A DNA stretch of 64,000 nucleotides. Origin: an uncultured Chitinophagaceae bacterium (GTDB lineage Bacteria > Bacteroidota > Bacteroidia > Chitinophagales > Chitinophagaceae). Both the position numbers and the translations under genes were made by a program. Shown piece by piece: positions 19,893-29,313 of this stretch (positions are counted from its first letter, which is position 1; each line of letters starts with the position of its first letter). The stretch is from positions 450,321 to 514,320 of the forward strand of contig CAVZHZ010000010.1 in assembly GCA_963775145.1 (NCBI GenBank), read 5' to 3'. The notes below the pieces were generated by a model. The model worked only from the letters and a program-made list of their open reading frames with translations, was not told the DNA's origin and made no database searches.

Positions 19893-20810
19893 TTAAACAA
19901 GTTTGTCATGTAGTTTTTCCTCTACAAAGGAGAATATTTTTTGAGGAAACCGCGGATCAAAAAATTGTTCAATTCCCGTCTTTTTAAACCAGGTGATTTG
20001 CCTCTTTGCATATTGACGGGTATTTCTTTTTATCAGTTGAACAGCCTCTGCTAATGATACTTCCCCATCAAGAAACCGAAACAATTCACTATACCCCACC
20101 GTTTGCAGGGCATTTAAGGAGCGTTGAGGATATAATTTTTTTACTTCTTCCAACAACCCTTGTTCCATCATATTATCTACCCGTTGATTGATTTGCTGAT
20201 GCAATAATTCTTTCGGAAGTTCCAACCCGATCATGATACAATTGAATGGCCTCGCTATTTTTTTCCCTTGCTGGTATGCCCGGATAGACATTCCGGTAGA
20301 AAGCTTTACCTCCAGTGCCCGCAACATGCGTTGCGGATTCTTTATTTCGCCCTCTGTAAAAAATTGCGGATCCTTTTCCTCGATTTGCTGTTGAAGCCAG
20401 TTCAATCCTTTTAGCTCATAATTCCTGACCAATTCTTCCCGTACAGCAGGATCTACACCGGGAATAGAGTCGAGTCCTTCACAAAATGCTTTTATATATA
20501 AGCCGGTTCCCCCCACCATAACCGCAATATCTTTTTTCTCAAAAATCGTTTCGGCAGCGGCCAGGGCGAATTGTTCAAATCCACCGGCATTTACTTCCTC
20601 CGAAATGCAATGCGAATTAATAAAATAATGAGGCACTTGTTGCAATTGCTCTTCCGTTGGCTTCGCTACCCCGATATTCATTTCTTTATAGCACTGTCTC
20701 GAATCAGCCGAAATGATACTTGTATTATACTTTTGCGCCAATTGAATAGCAAGTGATGTTTTGCCAACGGCCGTTGGACCAGTGAGTATAAGGCAGGTTT
20801 TTTTCTTCAT
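19893..20810 (-). CDS. miaA: tRNA dimethylallyltransferase
   Basis: GPTAVGKT, ISADSRQCY, VGGTGLY and TRQYAKRQITWF. Confidence 0.97.
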   Translation of the reverse strand: MKKKTCLILTGPTAVGKTSLAIQLAQKYNTSIISADSRQCYKEMNIGVAKPTEEQLQQVPHYFINSHCISEEVNAGGFEQFALAAAETIFEKKDIAVMVGGTGLYIKAFCEGLDSIPGVDPAVREELVRNYELKGLNWLQQQIEEKDPQFFTEGEIKNPQRMLRALEVKLSTGMSIRAYQQGKKIARPFNCIMIGLELPKELLHQQINQRVDNMMEQGLLEEVKKLYPQRSLNALQTVGYSELFRFLDGEVSLAEAVQLIKRNTRQYAKRQITWFKKTGIEQFFDPRFPQKIFSFVEEKLHDKLV

Positions 20811-21034
20811 ATCAAATTTCCTCCGGCTAAAGACAGGCGCCCGTTAGAAACCAGGAACCTATTAAAGCCCGGGATTCACTTAGGAGAAAAAAAATGACTA
20901 TTAAGTGCAAGCGATCAGTTACTGTGAATATTCTTTAGCATGATCAGAATTAATTGCCAAAATTAATACCAGCAAAAACACAGGAAGCAGTCCAACTTAT
21001 AAATTAATATTCTGGCAGAGGTGGTGGAGAACTA

Positions 21035-21613
21035 CTAAATAATATTTTCATTGCTTTCTTCTTCGCCCGCTTCTTCCCCCGCTTCTACGTCTTCTGTGTC
21101 ATCGCTGCTGTCTCCTTCCAAACCAAATCCTTCTGCGCCCGCAGTCAGGTCATATTTCTCTTCCATTTCCGCCAGTTTATCTCCCACCAAACCTTTGGTT
21201 CCATACTGAGAAGGGGCGATGCCTTCGGTGCGGATCACAACAGGATAGTCCAGTTTTGGATTTTCTTCTTTCTCTACTTTAATAAGCTCTACCTGGAAAT
21301 TCCAGTTTTTTACGAAGTCGTAGGTGTAAATAAACCGTTGATTCGGATTACGAATTTCGGAACCAACAGCGGTCTCCGCCATTAATAAAGGGGCTGCTTT
21401 GTATTCCTTATCATACTTTTCAAGTGAAATTTCGCGACCCCGCTGCCATTGATCATTACTTCGGTAAAATGTAGCGGCGTGTTTATTATCAAACTCATAC
21501 GCTTTTAATATTACCTGGTGTAATTGCAAAAATGACTGGGTCTGTTTTACGGCCACATCCCGGTAAACGCTGTCGTCTTCTTCAAAATAAATCCTAAACT
21601 TTAATACAGCCAT
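21035..21613 (-). CDS. Conserved hypothetical protein (pRiA4b ORF3/IS1096 passenger TnpR-like fold) with acidic tail
   Basis: FLQLHQVIL, FIYTYDFVKNWNFQVELI motifs and an acidic C-terminus. Confidence 0.7.
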   Translation of the reverse strand: MAVLKFRIYFEEDDSVYRDVAVKQTQSFLQLHQVILKAYEFDNKHAATFYRSNDQWQRGREISLEKYDKEYKAAPLLMAETAVGSEIRNPNQRFIYTYDFVKNWNFQVELIKVEKEENPKLDYPVVIRTEGIAPSQYGTKGLVGDKLAEMEEKYDLTAGAEGFGLEGDSSDDTEDVEAGEEAGEEESNENII

Positions 21614-21770
21614 GTATAATTACATTTATTGCCTGGTTAACCGCAGGCAAGTTATTAGTTGTTTGCAGGTGGTTGGTCGCTTATACTAATTTAACAAGTT
21701 GCCATCCTTATATCTGATAAATTCTTTAATAACTTCAAAAATAAGACAAATCATTGATTCGGATTGCAAA

Positions 21771-23189
21771 CTAACCCAGCGGTTTTAGTTGCAATGCTTC
21801 TGCTTTCTTCAACAGCAAAGAATAGGCCGCATCGTAATTATTTTCAATTTCCCCATCCAGGATAGCTTCGCGTATGGCATTTTTTAAGTCTCCCACCACT
21901 TTGCTGGGCGGCAAACCAAATTTCTCCATAATCATTTCTCCTGTAATAGGAGGCTGCCAATTACGTATCTTATCTTTTTCTTCCACCTCCTTCAATCGCT
22001 GCCGCACCAATTCAAAATTTTCCAGGTATTTTTTTACTTTTTGTTTGTTTTTGGAGGTAATATCAGCCTTGCAAAGTATCATCAACGACTCAATATCTTC
22101 TCCGGCATCGAACAGAAGACGACGAATAGCAGAGTCTGTGATGTTCTCTTTCGTCAGACTGATTGGTCTTAGATGTAATTCAACCATCTTCCGGACAAAT
22201 CGCATCCGATCGTTCTGAGGAAGTTTTAAGGCACTGAATATTTTCCCGATCATTCTTCCTCCCACCACCTCATGCCCGTGAAAAGTCCATCCATGTCCTT
22301 CTTCAAATCGCTTGGTAGCCGGTTTGGCTATATCGTGCAGCAAGGCCGCCCAACGTAGCCATAGGTCTGAAGTGTTGACCGCAATATTGTCTACTACCTG
22401 CAAGGTGTGATAAAAATTATCCTTATGTCCTACCCCATCTTTATATTCAGCGCCGGCTAAGTCAACCAGCAAAGGAAAAATAATATGCAACAATCCAACC
22501 TGGTACAGCAGGTCGAAACCCACTGATGGTTTTCTGCTAAGCAGTATTTTATTTAGTTCCTCCGTAATCCGTTCCTGGGTAATTATGCGGATGCGCTCCT
22601 TATTGTCTTTAATCGCCTGAAAAGTTTTCGGTTCAATAGTAAATTCCAATTGGGATGCAAAACGAATGGCGCGCATCATACGCAAGGGATCATCGCTAAA
22701 GGTCTGCTCCGGATTGAGGGGAGTTTGAAGAATTTTCTTTCCGATGTCGCCGAGTCCATCAAACGGATCTATCAGTTTCCCGTAATTTTCTTCATTCAAA
22801 CTTATTGCCATTGCATTAATGGTAAAATCGCGCCTGTTCTGATCGTCAGACAAGGTGCCCGGCATTATTTCCGGATTACGGGAATGATACTTATAGCTTT
22901 CTTTACGTGCGCCTACAAATTCAATCTCCCAATCGTCGATTTTTAATTGGGCCGTTCCAAATGTCTTAAAGTATGCAACTGATGGATGAGGATGAAACAA
23001 CCTGGCAACCTCATGGGCCAGCTTGATGCCATCACCTACGCAAACAATATCCGCATCCTTAGTAGTTCGACCCAATATTTTATCGCGTACAAAACCTCCA
23101 ATCACAAAACACGGGACACCAATGGTAGCCGCTGCATGTGCAATCTTCTTAAAAACAAACAATTCTTTTTCGGAACAAGGAATATCCAT
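21771..23189 (-). CDS. cca: CCA tRNA nucleotidyltransferase with HD domain
   Basis: IGGFVRD, DADI, RRDFTINA, DDPLRMMRA and LLHDIAK. Confidence 0.92.
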   Translation of the reverse strand: MDIPCSEKELFVFKKIAHAAATIGVPCFVIGGFVRDKILGRTTKDADIVCVGDGIKLAHEVARLFHPHPSVAYFKTFGTAQLKIDDWEIEFVGARKESYKYHSRNPEIMPGTLSDDQNRRDFTINAMAISLNEENYGKLIDPFDGLGDIGKKILQTPLNPEQTFSDDPLRMMRAIRFASQLEFTIEPKTFQAIKDNKERIRIITQERITEELNKILLSRKPSVGFDLLYQVGLLHIIFPLLVDLAGAEYKDGVGHKDNFYHTLQVVDNIAVNTSDLWLRWAALLHDIAKPATKRFEEGHGWTFHGHEVVGGRMIGKIFSALKLPQNDRMRFVRKMVELHLRPISLTKENITDSAIRRLLFDAGEDIESLMILCKADITSKNKQKVKKYLENFELVRQRLKEVEEKDKIRNWQPPITGEMIMEKFGLPPSKVVGDLKNAIREAILDGEIENNYDAAYSLLLKKAEALQLKPLG

Positions 23190-23561
23190 CGCAACAAAAA
23201 TAATAATATAGATCGAGAATCAGGAAGAAGGATCGTTGGTGGGCACTAATAGAAAATAAGATTCAGAATAGGGAATGCGGGATAATAAATACGTGATGCG
23301 GTATACGGACAATACTACCAGCAGCTATTGCAGCGTTGAGTTGCAGAATGCAAGTTGAAAATGCAAACGCATCTTAAGGTAACTTATTTGCCTGTTAAAT
23401 TAGGGCAGAATGCATGGAACGAAGCGGGATCAACAATTGATCTCAAACTTTTGAAAAGGCATTCTGCTAATGGTTTTACTGTTCGACGTTATGGGATATG
23501 GCTTACAGAGCCCCGGCATTCGGTCTTGTTAAAATTTCCCGAGGAGCTTGGAAGCACATTT

Positions 23562-24560
23562 TTATTCAGGTAATGTTGCCAGTAATTGTTCATCTGCTAT
23601 TTTATAAGCACAATTAAAATGACCCAAAGGACAGGCTTTAAGTCCATGTAGTCCGCAGGGTCGGCATTCGAGAGTTTCCTTTACTTCAACTACAAAACTT
23701 TTATCAGACAGAGGACCAAAACCGAAAGAAGGCAGCGTGGAGCAATAAACCGCCGTAACAGGTGCGTTCATGGCAGAAGCAAAATGCATAGGGGCTGAAT
23801 CGTTCACATAATTCATTAGTGCGTCTTTTTGCAAGGAGGCGGATTGCAAAAAATTATACTGTCCGCATAAATTGTGTACATACAGATGTGTGGTATTGTT
23901 ACAGATTTCGTTGCATAATTCCTTATCACCAGCTGCCCCTATTAAATAAATTTTGATACCCGATGGCACCTTATTAATAAAATGCACCCATTTATCTGAC
24001 GGGAATTGCTTGGTAAACCAAACTGAGGCGGGGGCCACTACAATATATGGTTGGTTCTTCAGGTGTCGAACGGCAGCCATATCTTTTTCAGAAGGATACA
24101 ACACAGGTTTGGCAGGAAACTCATCAGTTAACGAAGCTATTAATTGGTGATTTCTTTCTATTTCATGCGTAGCCAGATTAGTGGTACTGATAACATGTTT
24201 AATCTTTTTATTGAACAGGAAGCTGAATGGATTTTTATCAAACCCGATTTTTTGCTGTGCGTTTGAGAAAGCAGTTAGAAAACCGGTTGCAGCAAAGCGT
24301 TGTACGTTTATAACCGCGTCGTAACGGGTTTGGCGGATTTGATTTAACAATTTCCAGAGGTTCCTCAGCTTTTTTTCCTTTTTCACCCACAGCAGCACTT
24401 TATGAAGGTAGGGATGGTCTTTCAGTAATCCCTCATTACCCTGGCGCACCAAAAGATCAATTTGGGCACCCGGAAAATGCAGATGCAATTTTTCAATCAA
24501 CCCGGTAGCCAATACTACATCTCCAATAAAGGCCGTTTGTATCACCAGTATCTTTTGCAT
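23562..24560 (-). CDS. Glycosyltransferase family 9 (heptosyltransferase-like)
   Basis: TAFIGDVVL, NDSAPMHFASA and CRPCGLHG motifs. Confidence 0.9.
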   Translation of the reverse strand: MQKILVIQTAFIGDVVLATGLIEKLHLHFPGAQIDLLVRQGNEGLLKDHPYLHKVLLWVKKEKKLRNLWKLLNQIRQTRYDAVINVQRFAATGFLTAFSNAQQKIGFDKNPFSFLFNKKIKHVISTTNLATHEIERNHQLIASLTDEFPAKPVLYPSEKDMAAVRHLKNQPYIVVAPASVWFTKQFPSDKWVHFINKVPSGIKIYLIGAAGDKELCNEICNNTTHLYVHNLCGQYNFLQSASLQKDALMNYVNDSAPMHFASAMNAPVTAVYCSTLPSFGFGPLSDKSFVVEVKETLECRPCGLHGLKACPLGHFNCAYKIADEQLLATLPE

Positions 24561-24582
24561 GCAGGCAAAACTATGCAATTTG

Positions 24583-25152
24583 TCAGGGACGAATAACGGT
24601 AACTGTACCGTTCATATTCCATCTCACCACCGAGGACGGCTGCTGAGGAGATAGATCGTCTTGCCGGTACTTAACACAATAATCAACACCATGCAGGATT
24701 ACCGGGTCAATCTCTTTAAAAACCTGCGGGGCCGGTTTACCAGCAATATTAGCGGAAGTAGAAACCAGGGGCTTCCCGAGTCTTTTGATGAGATGTTTAC
24801 AGAACGGGTCCTTCACTATCCGGATACCAATACTTCCATCTTCGTTAATGACATTATCTGCCAGACCAATGGCTCCGTCATAAATAACAGTTGTAGGTTT
24901 CTGAACAGTATTCAAAAACCCAAATATCTCCATATCGGGCGCCGATACATAAGAGAGCACATCGCGTTCATTGGCCAATAATATAATCAGGCTTTTATTT
25001 TCAGGCCTGTTTTTCAAGGAGAATACTTTTTCAACCGCATCTTTATTAGTGGCATCGCACCCGATTCCCCAAATGGTATCTGTGGGATAAAGAATCATTC
25101 CCCCGGAGCGAAGCACTTCTAAAGATTGCTCTATATCGTTTTCAAAATTCAT
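24583..25152 (-). CDS. tsaC: L-threonylcarbamoyladenylate synthase (YrdC/Sua5 family)
   Basis: YPTDTIWGIGCD, KNRP and STSAN motifs. Confidence 0.92.
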   Translation of the reverse strand: MNFENDIEQSLEVLRSGGMILYPTDTIWGIGCDATNKDAVEKVFSLKNRPENKSLIILLANERDVLSYVSAPDMEIFGFLNTVQKPTTVIYDGAIGLADNVINEDGSIGIRIVKDPFCKHLIKRLGKPLVSTSANIAGKPAPQVFKEIDPVILHGVDYCVKYRQDDLSPQQPSSVVRWNMNGTVTVIRP

Positions 25153-25336
25153 TTCGCGTATGTATTCTTAATGGGTAAATAGGAGAATTTAACCTGGTAA
25201 AAATTCAGGCAATAATAATAAACTAATTAATTACCATTGATCCATTTCGGTATTACCTGATCCGGGAGAAAGAATTCGCTGTTTGGTATAACTGCTCATT
25301 CGCACATTCCCTAACTTCGTTTCAAAATTACTATAA

Positions 25337-26143
25337 ATGAAAGAGCTTATACTCGAAGCATGGAATAACAGGGAATTATTAAAAGATGCTAAATACACAG
25401 AGGCAGTTAAGGCCGTTATTGAAGAAGTTGACAAAGGAAGGTTGAGAACCGCTTTCCCCGGCGAAAAAGGATGGGAGGTGAACGAATGGGTTAAGCAGGC
25501 CATACTTCTTTATTTCAGCATACAGCCCATGCAAACCTGGAATCTGGAACCTTTTGAGTTTTACGATAAAATGCTGTTGAAAAAAAATTATAAAGAGCTG
25601 GGCGTTCGGGCGGTTCCGCATGCCGTGGCGAGATATGGTGCATATATTGCGAAGAACGTGGTGTTAATGCCCAGTTATGTAAACATAGGCGCTTATGTTG
25701 ACGAAGGTAGTATGGTAGACACCTGGGCCACCGTAGGTAGTTGCGCACAAATTGGAAAAGGTGTGCACTTAAGCGGGGGTGTGGGAATCGGCGGAGTTTT
25801 GGAACCATTGCAGGCCAGCCCTGTCATTATTGAAGATGGTTGTTTTATTGGATCAAGATGCATAGTGGTAGAAGGGGTACTGGTAGAAAAAGAAGCGGTC
25901 CTCGGCGCCAATGTAGTACTTACTCAATCGACTAAAATCATTGATGTGAGTGGCAGCAAGCCTGTGGAAAGCAAGGGGCGTGTTCCCGCCAGAAGTGTGG
26001 TTATTCCGGGAAGTTATACTAAGAAGTTTCCAGCCGGAGAATATGGGGTTGGATGTGCATTGATCATTGGCCAACGCAAACCAAGCACCGATTTGAAGAC
26101 AAGTTTAAATGATGCCTTGAGAGAATTTAATGTAAGTGCTTAG
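25337..26143 (+). CDS. dapD: 2,3,4,5-tetrahydropyridine-2,6-dicarboxylate N-succinyltransferase
   Basis: NEWVKQAILL, RAVPHAVAR, MPSYVNIGAYV and HLSGGVGIGGVLEP. Confidence 0.97.
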   Translation: MKELILEAWNNRELLKDAKYTEAVKAVIEEVDKGRLRTAFPGEKGWEVNEWVKQAILLYFSIQPMQTWNLEPFEFYDKMLLKKNYKELGVRAVPHAVARYGAYIAKNVVLMPSYVNIGAYVDEGSMVDTWATVGSCAQIGKGVHLSGGVGIGGVLEPLQASPVIIEDGCFIGSRCIVVEGVLVEKEAVLGANVVLTQSTKIIDVSGSKPVESKGRVPARSVVIPGSYTKKFPAGEYGVGCALIIGQRKPSTDLKTSLNDALREFNVSA

Positions 26144-26150
26144 AGAGTGA

Positions 26151-26271
26151 AAAGTCAATAGTGAATAGTGAAGGGCAACCTGCGGATAGAGTCCGCTTAA
26201 TAATTGTCACCATAGGTATTACTAACTACTCTTCATTCACTATTGACCATTGACTATTCACTATTGACTTT
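26151..26271. repeat. Intergenic element bounded by a perfect 19-bp inverted repeat built from 7-nt periodic units
   Basis: AAAGTCAATAGTGAATAGT (26151-26169) / ACTATTCACTATTGACTTT (26253-26271). Confidence 0.8.
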
Positions 26272-26279
26272 AATATCCC

Positions 26280-27194
26280 ATGGGAAATTATCGCTTCATA
26301 GGATTCATAGTAACCTTCCTGGGGGCTGTTCTTTTTTCCACCAAAGCCATCATTGTAAAAAAGGCTTTCGCGGATATTCATATTGATGCACTCACGCTGC
26401 TTACTCTTCGCATGATTTTTTCTTTGCCCTTTTATATTGGGGCAGCCTGGTTTATCAGTCGCCACAAAAAAAATGTGGTGTTAACTGGCAGGCAATGGAT
26501 TCAAATTATCCTGCTGGGGCTTACCGGATAATATACCAGCAGCTTGCTTGATTTTGAAGGATTGCAATTTGTATCAGCCGGATTGGAGCGATTGATCCTT
26601 TTTTTATTTCCAACCTTTGTGGTATTGATCAATTCCTTTTATTTCCGCCAGAAGATATCCCGTATTCAGCGACTGGCATTGGTTCTTACTTATGCGGGAA
26701 TTTCCATTGCCTATTTAGGAGAATTGCGGGCAGAAATATCAAGCCCTGGATTTTTATGGGGAAGCCTTCTCATTTTTTTATGTTCGGTTACTTATTCAAT
26801 ATATATGGTTGGAAGTGGCAGGCTCATACCGGTGGTAGGTGCTAATAAATATACTGCCTTTGCTATGCTCGCAGCCACCGGCGGAATTTTCATTCACTAT
26901 GCGCTGAAAAGTAACTTTCAAATACCCTTGCTAACAGCGTCAGGTAATTGGCCATACGGTTTAGCATTAGCTGTATTAGCAACCGTAATCCCATCCTTTC
27001 TTATTTCAGCCGGAATGAAAAAAATTGGTTCCAATAATGTTGCGATTATTTCCAGTATCGGGCCGGTATCCACTGTTGTCCAGGCGCATTATTTTTTGGG
27101 CGAGCCCATCCGGGCGGCCCAGGTAATGGGTACTATATTGGTTATTGCAGGTGTATTGAGAATTGGCTGGAGGAGCGGAAATATAAAGAAGTAA
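26280..27194 (+). pseudogene. EamA/DMT family transporter interrupted by an in-frame TAA
   Basis: The two track ORFs share a frame; TAA at 26529-26531 sits where Tyr is expected (LGLTG*YTSSLLDFEGLQ); 305 codons in total. Confidence 0.8.
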
Positions 27195-27349
27195 AAATTA
27201 GTTACTCCTTCATCCCAAATTTTTCTGTATTTCAGCTATATTTGCGTCCCGATCGCAGAGAGGACAGGAAGTAAGACTAATATATTTGGAAACTTATTTT
27301 TCTTCCTAACTTTCGGACTTCCGGACTTACCGAATTCCGGACTATTCTT

Positions 27350-27433
27350 GCCCAGATGGCGAAATTGGTAGACGCACTGTGTTCAGGTCGCAGCGTCCGC
27401 AAGGATGTGCTGGTTCGAATCCAGTTCTGGGCA
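27350..27433 (+). tRNA. tRNA-Leu(CAG)
   Basis: Acceptor GCCCAGA/TCTGGGC, anticodon stem CTGTG/CGCAG with loop TTCAGGT, long variable arm and GGTTCGAATCC T-arm. Confidence 0.97.
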
Positions 27434-27437
27434 CATT

Positions 27438-27468
27438 AAAAAGGTTCGACATTTGTCGAGCCTTTTTT
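27438..27468 (+). terminator. Intrinsic terminator after tRNA-Leu
   Basis: AAGGTTCGAC-attt-GTCGAGCCTT followed by a T-run. Confidence 0.75.
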
Positions 27469-27597
27469 CATTTGGTACCTCACTTACTTCAAAGTCAGAA
27501 GTAAAAAGTATAAATGGGAGGTTGAAGCGCGGGAGCTCTCCTGCTTGCGCAAGAATGCTGTCACTATACTAATTAAAAAAAGGAAGAAAATTTATTA

Positions 27598-27878
27598 CTG
27601 GCGCAGGTGTTCCCGGCATTGCAATACAATACCTGGCCCAAGAGCCTGCAGCCGGGACAACCTGTGCCGATCATTAATAGTCACAAGCCGTTTTTTGTTT
27701 CTGCAAGGTGCCTGCTCTTATGTATACGCAAGCTTAATAGAGGCATATCAGCGGGTCCGGTAATTTAATTTCATTAGGCTCTAACTGCCGCAATAATAAT
27801 CTGTATAGCACAGGTTGTCATGCCTGCAAGCATCAATTAGTACACTCACTAGTTTAACGGCATGAACACCTGCGCCAG
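27598..27878. repeat. Two inverted ~71-bp hairpin elements (REP/BIME-like)
   Basis: Copy 1 (+) 27598-27668 and copy 2 (-) 27807-27878 share CTGGCGCAGGTGTTC and GACAACCTGTGC. Confidence 0.75.
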
Positions 27879-28135
27879 CAACCGAATAATCTAATTCTTA
27901 TATTTGACATTGCATTAAAGACATACTTGCGCGAGCTAGGAGGGTTTGGAATAGTGGTGCAAATTATTTTAACTGCGCCAATAAATCCGCTTACGGGAAT
28001 TCCGATATATCCAACTTATTTACTCTTAAGAGAAATCATTTATATACCTATACCATAAATTAGAAAAAGATAATTTCTAAATTATTTGATAAATTAGTTC
28101 ATTGTACGAATAAGGAGTAAAAAAAATGTAATGAT

Positions 28136-28543
28136 ATGCGTACTTTGTTGTCTATACTGATTTTTTTTCTTTTTGTTGGTTGTAGCCCATTTGATAAACT
28201 CAGTAGAAGAAAGATGAATGACCTGAAAAGTAAGAATTTAAAAGCGATATATGCGTTTAATAACCCACAAAATTGTATTGCGTTTTTTATTTATGAAACA
28301 AATGTGTTTAGTAGGATAGATAAGCCAGGATGTTCTAATAAGGGAAATAAGATTTATTATACTGGAAGTTATATTTCCAAAAGCGATTCCCTGATATTTA
28401 AATATGACGAAGGCCGAAGGCCTCAAAAACTAGTTCCTTATTTAATAAGAGACTCTTCTTTTTTATATTTAACTTACAAAAATCAAGGGTCAGAGATCCG
28501 CTTTAGAATTTGGTTTACGTCTGAAACTAGCAAATTATTTTAA
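28136..28543 (+). CDS. Hypothetical low-GC lipoprotein
   Basis: 135 aa; lipobox FVGC; 18/60 G+C at 28201-28260. Confidence 0.7.
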   Translation: MRTLLSILIFFLFVGCSPFDKLSRRKMNDLKSKNLKAIYAFNNPQNCIAFFIYETNVFSRIDKPGCSNKGNKIYYTGSYISKSDSLIFKYDEGRRPQKLVPYLIRDSSFLYLTYKNQGSEIRFRIWFTSETSKLF

Positions 28544-28616
28544 TAATGCACGCTAGCTAGAGCAAATATGTAGCTTTTTACAATGATCATTATCTTAACA
28601 AAAAAAGCTTGCGCCA

Positions 28617-28846
28617 GGTCTATTATATTTTGAAACCTTAAACCAAACTAATTCATAGTTGCGCATGTTGGGGGAGTATTTTTTCATACCTGGATAGTTT
28701 TTCCCAATAGTATTGCCAGGTAATTCTTGACAACCTTGGCCAAATTAAAGTAATCTTCAGCTCAGGAAAAAGCTCTAACTGAGGCGGTCATTAAATTCGC
28801 AAGCCTGATCAAATCTGTCATAAAATGGTTCGAGAATTGTACTGTT
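28617..28846. repeat. Copy A of a ~230-bp diverged direct repeat (copy B at 30683-30909)
   Basis: Collinear shared blocks CTTAAACCAAAC, GGGAGTAT, AGTATTGCC, TCTTCAGCnCAGGAAAA, GCAAGC, TCATAAAA and GAATTGTAC. Confidence 0.75.
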
Positions 28847-29029
28847 TGGTGCACGATTAAAAAAGACTCAACGAAAGTTGGGTTTTTTTTATTAAAGTCA
28901 AATATCAAAAGTATAAAATCAAAATTGCAGGCATTGGAAATCAAAAAATCAATAGTAACACTAAAAGCAGCCCGAGACCAATTTTGACTTTTGACTTTTG
29001 AATTTCTAATTTTTTATTTCCTCAAAGAC

Positions 29030-29084
29030 GTGCTGGTTCCCTGCCTGCGTGAAGCAGTCAGGCAGGGAATCCAGTTCTGGGCAC
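29030..29084 (+). repeat. Duplicate of the tRNA-Leu 3' end (att-like), interrupted by a 27-bp palindrome
   Basis: GTGCTGGTTC (29030-39) + insert CCTGCCTGCGTGAAGCAGTCAGGCAGG (29040-66) + GAATCCAGTTCTGGGCAC (29067-84); flanks match the tRNA 3' end. Confidence 0.85.
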
Positions 29085-29313
29085 AAGGATGGACAAGCCG
29101 AAAATTATTTCATTCTGTCCATTTACATTACTCTTTAGCCTAAGCTGTCAAGGATAGACCAATAAATTAGGGAGTGCTTGTGAAGGAGTGCGGACGCCTA
29201 CTATGACATGCGAATCGGGAATTATATGTACTTTTAGAATTTACTTCTTCTAATTTTTTCCAAAAGCCTATGATATTATAATCGTCCGGAATATTTCCCA
29301 TGGTCTGCTATAT

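Noticed and set aside
21035-21613. IS1096-passenger-like protein as evidence of a mobile element
   Set aside because: There is no transposase, terminal repeat or compositional anomaly, and it sits among housekeeping genes.
23355-23573. 72-aa plus-strand ORF between cca and the GT9 gene
   Set aside because: It has a non-ATG start, no recognisable motif and overlaps the GT9 stop, so it cannot be supported as a gene.
27545-27763. 72-aa ORF in the tRNA islet
   Set aside because: It runs through a hairpin repeat, has a non-ATG start and no protein-like features.
27781-27897. Minus-strand peptide IDACRHDNLCY resembling a phospholipase A2 motif
   Set aside because: It has no start codon, is bounded by stops, and is explained by the hairpin element sequence.
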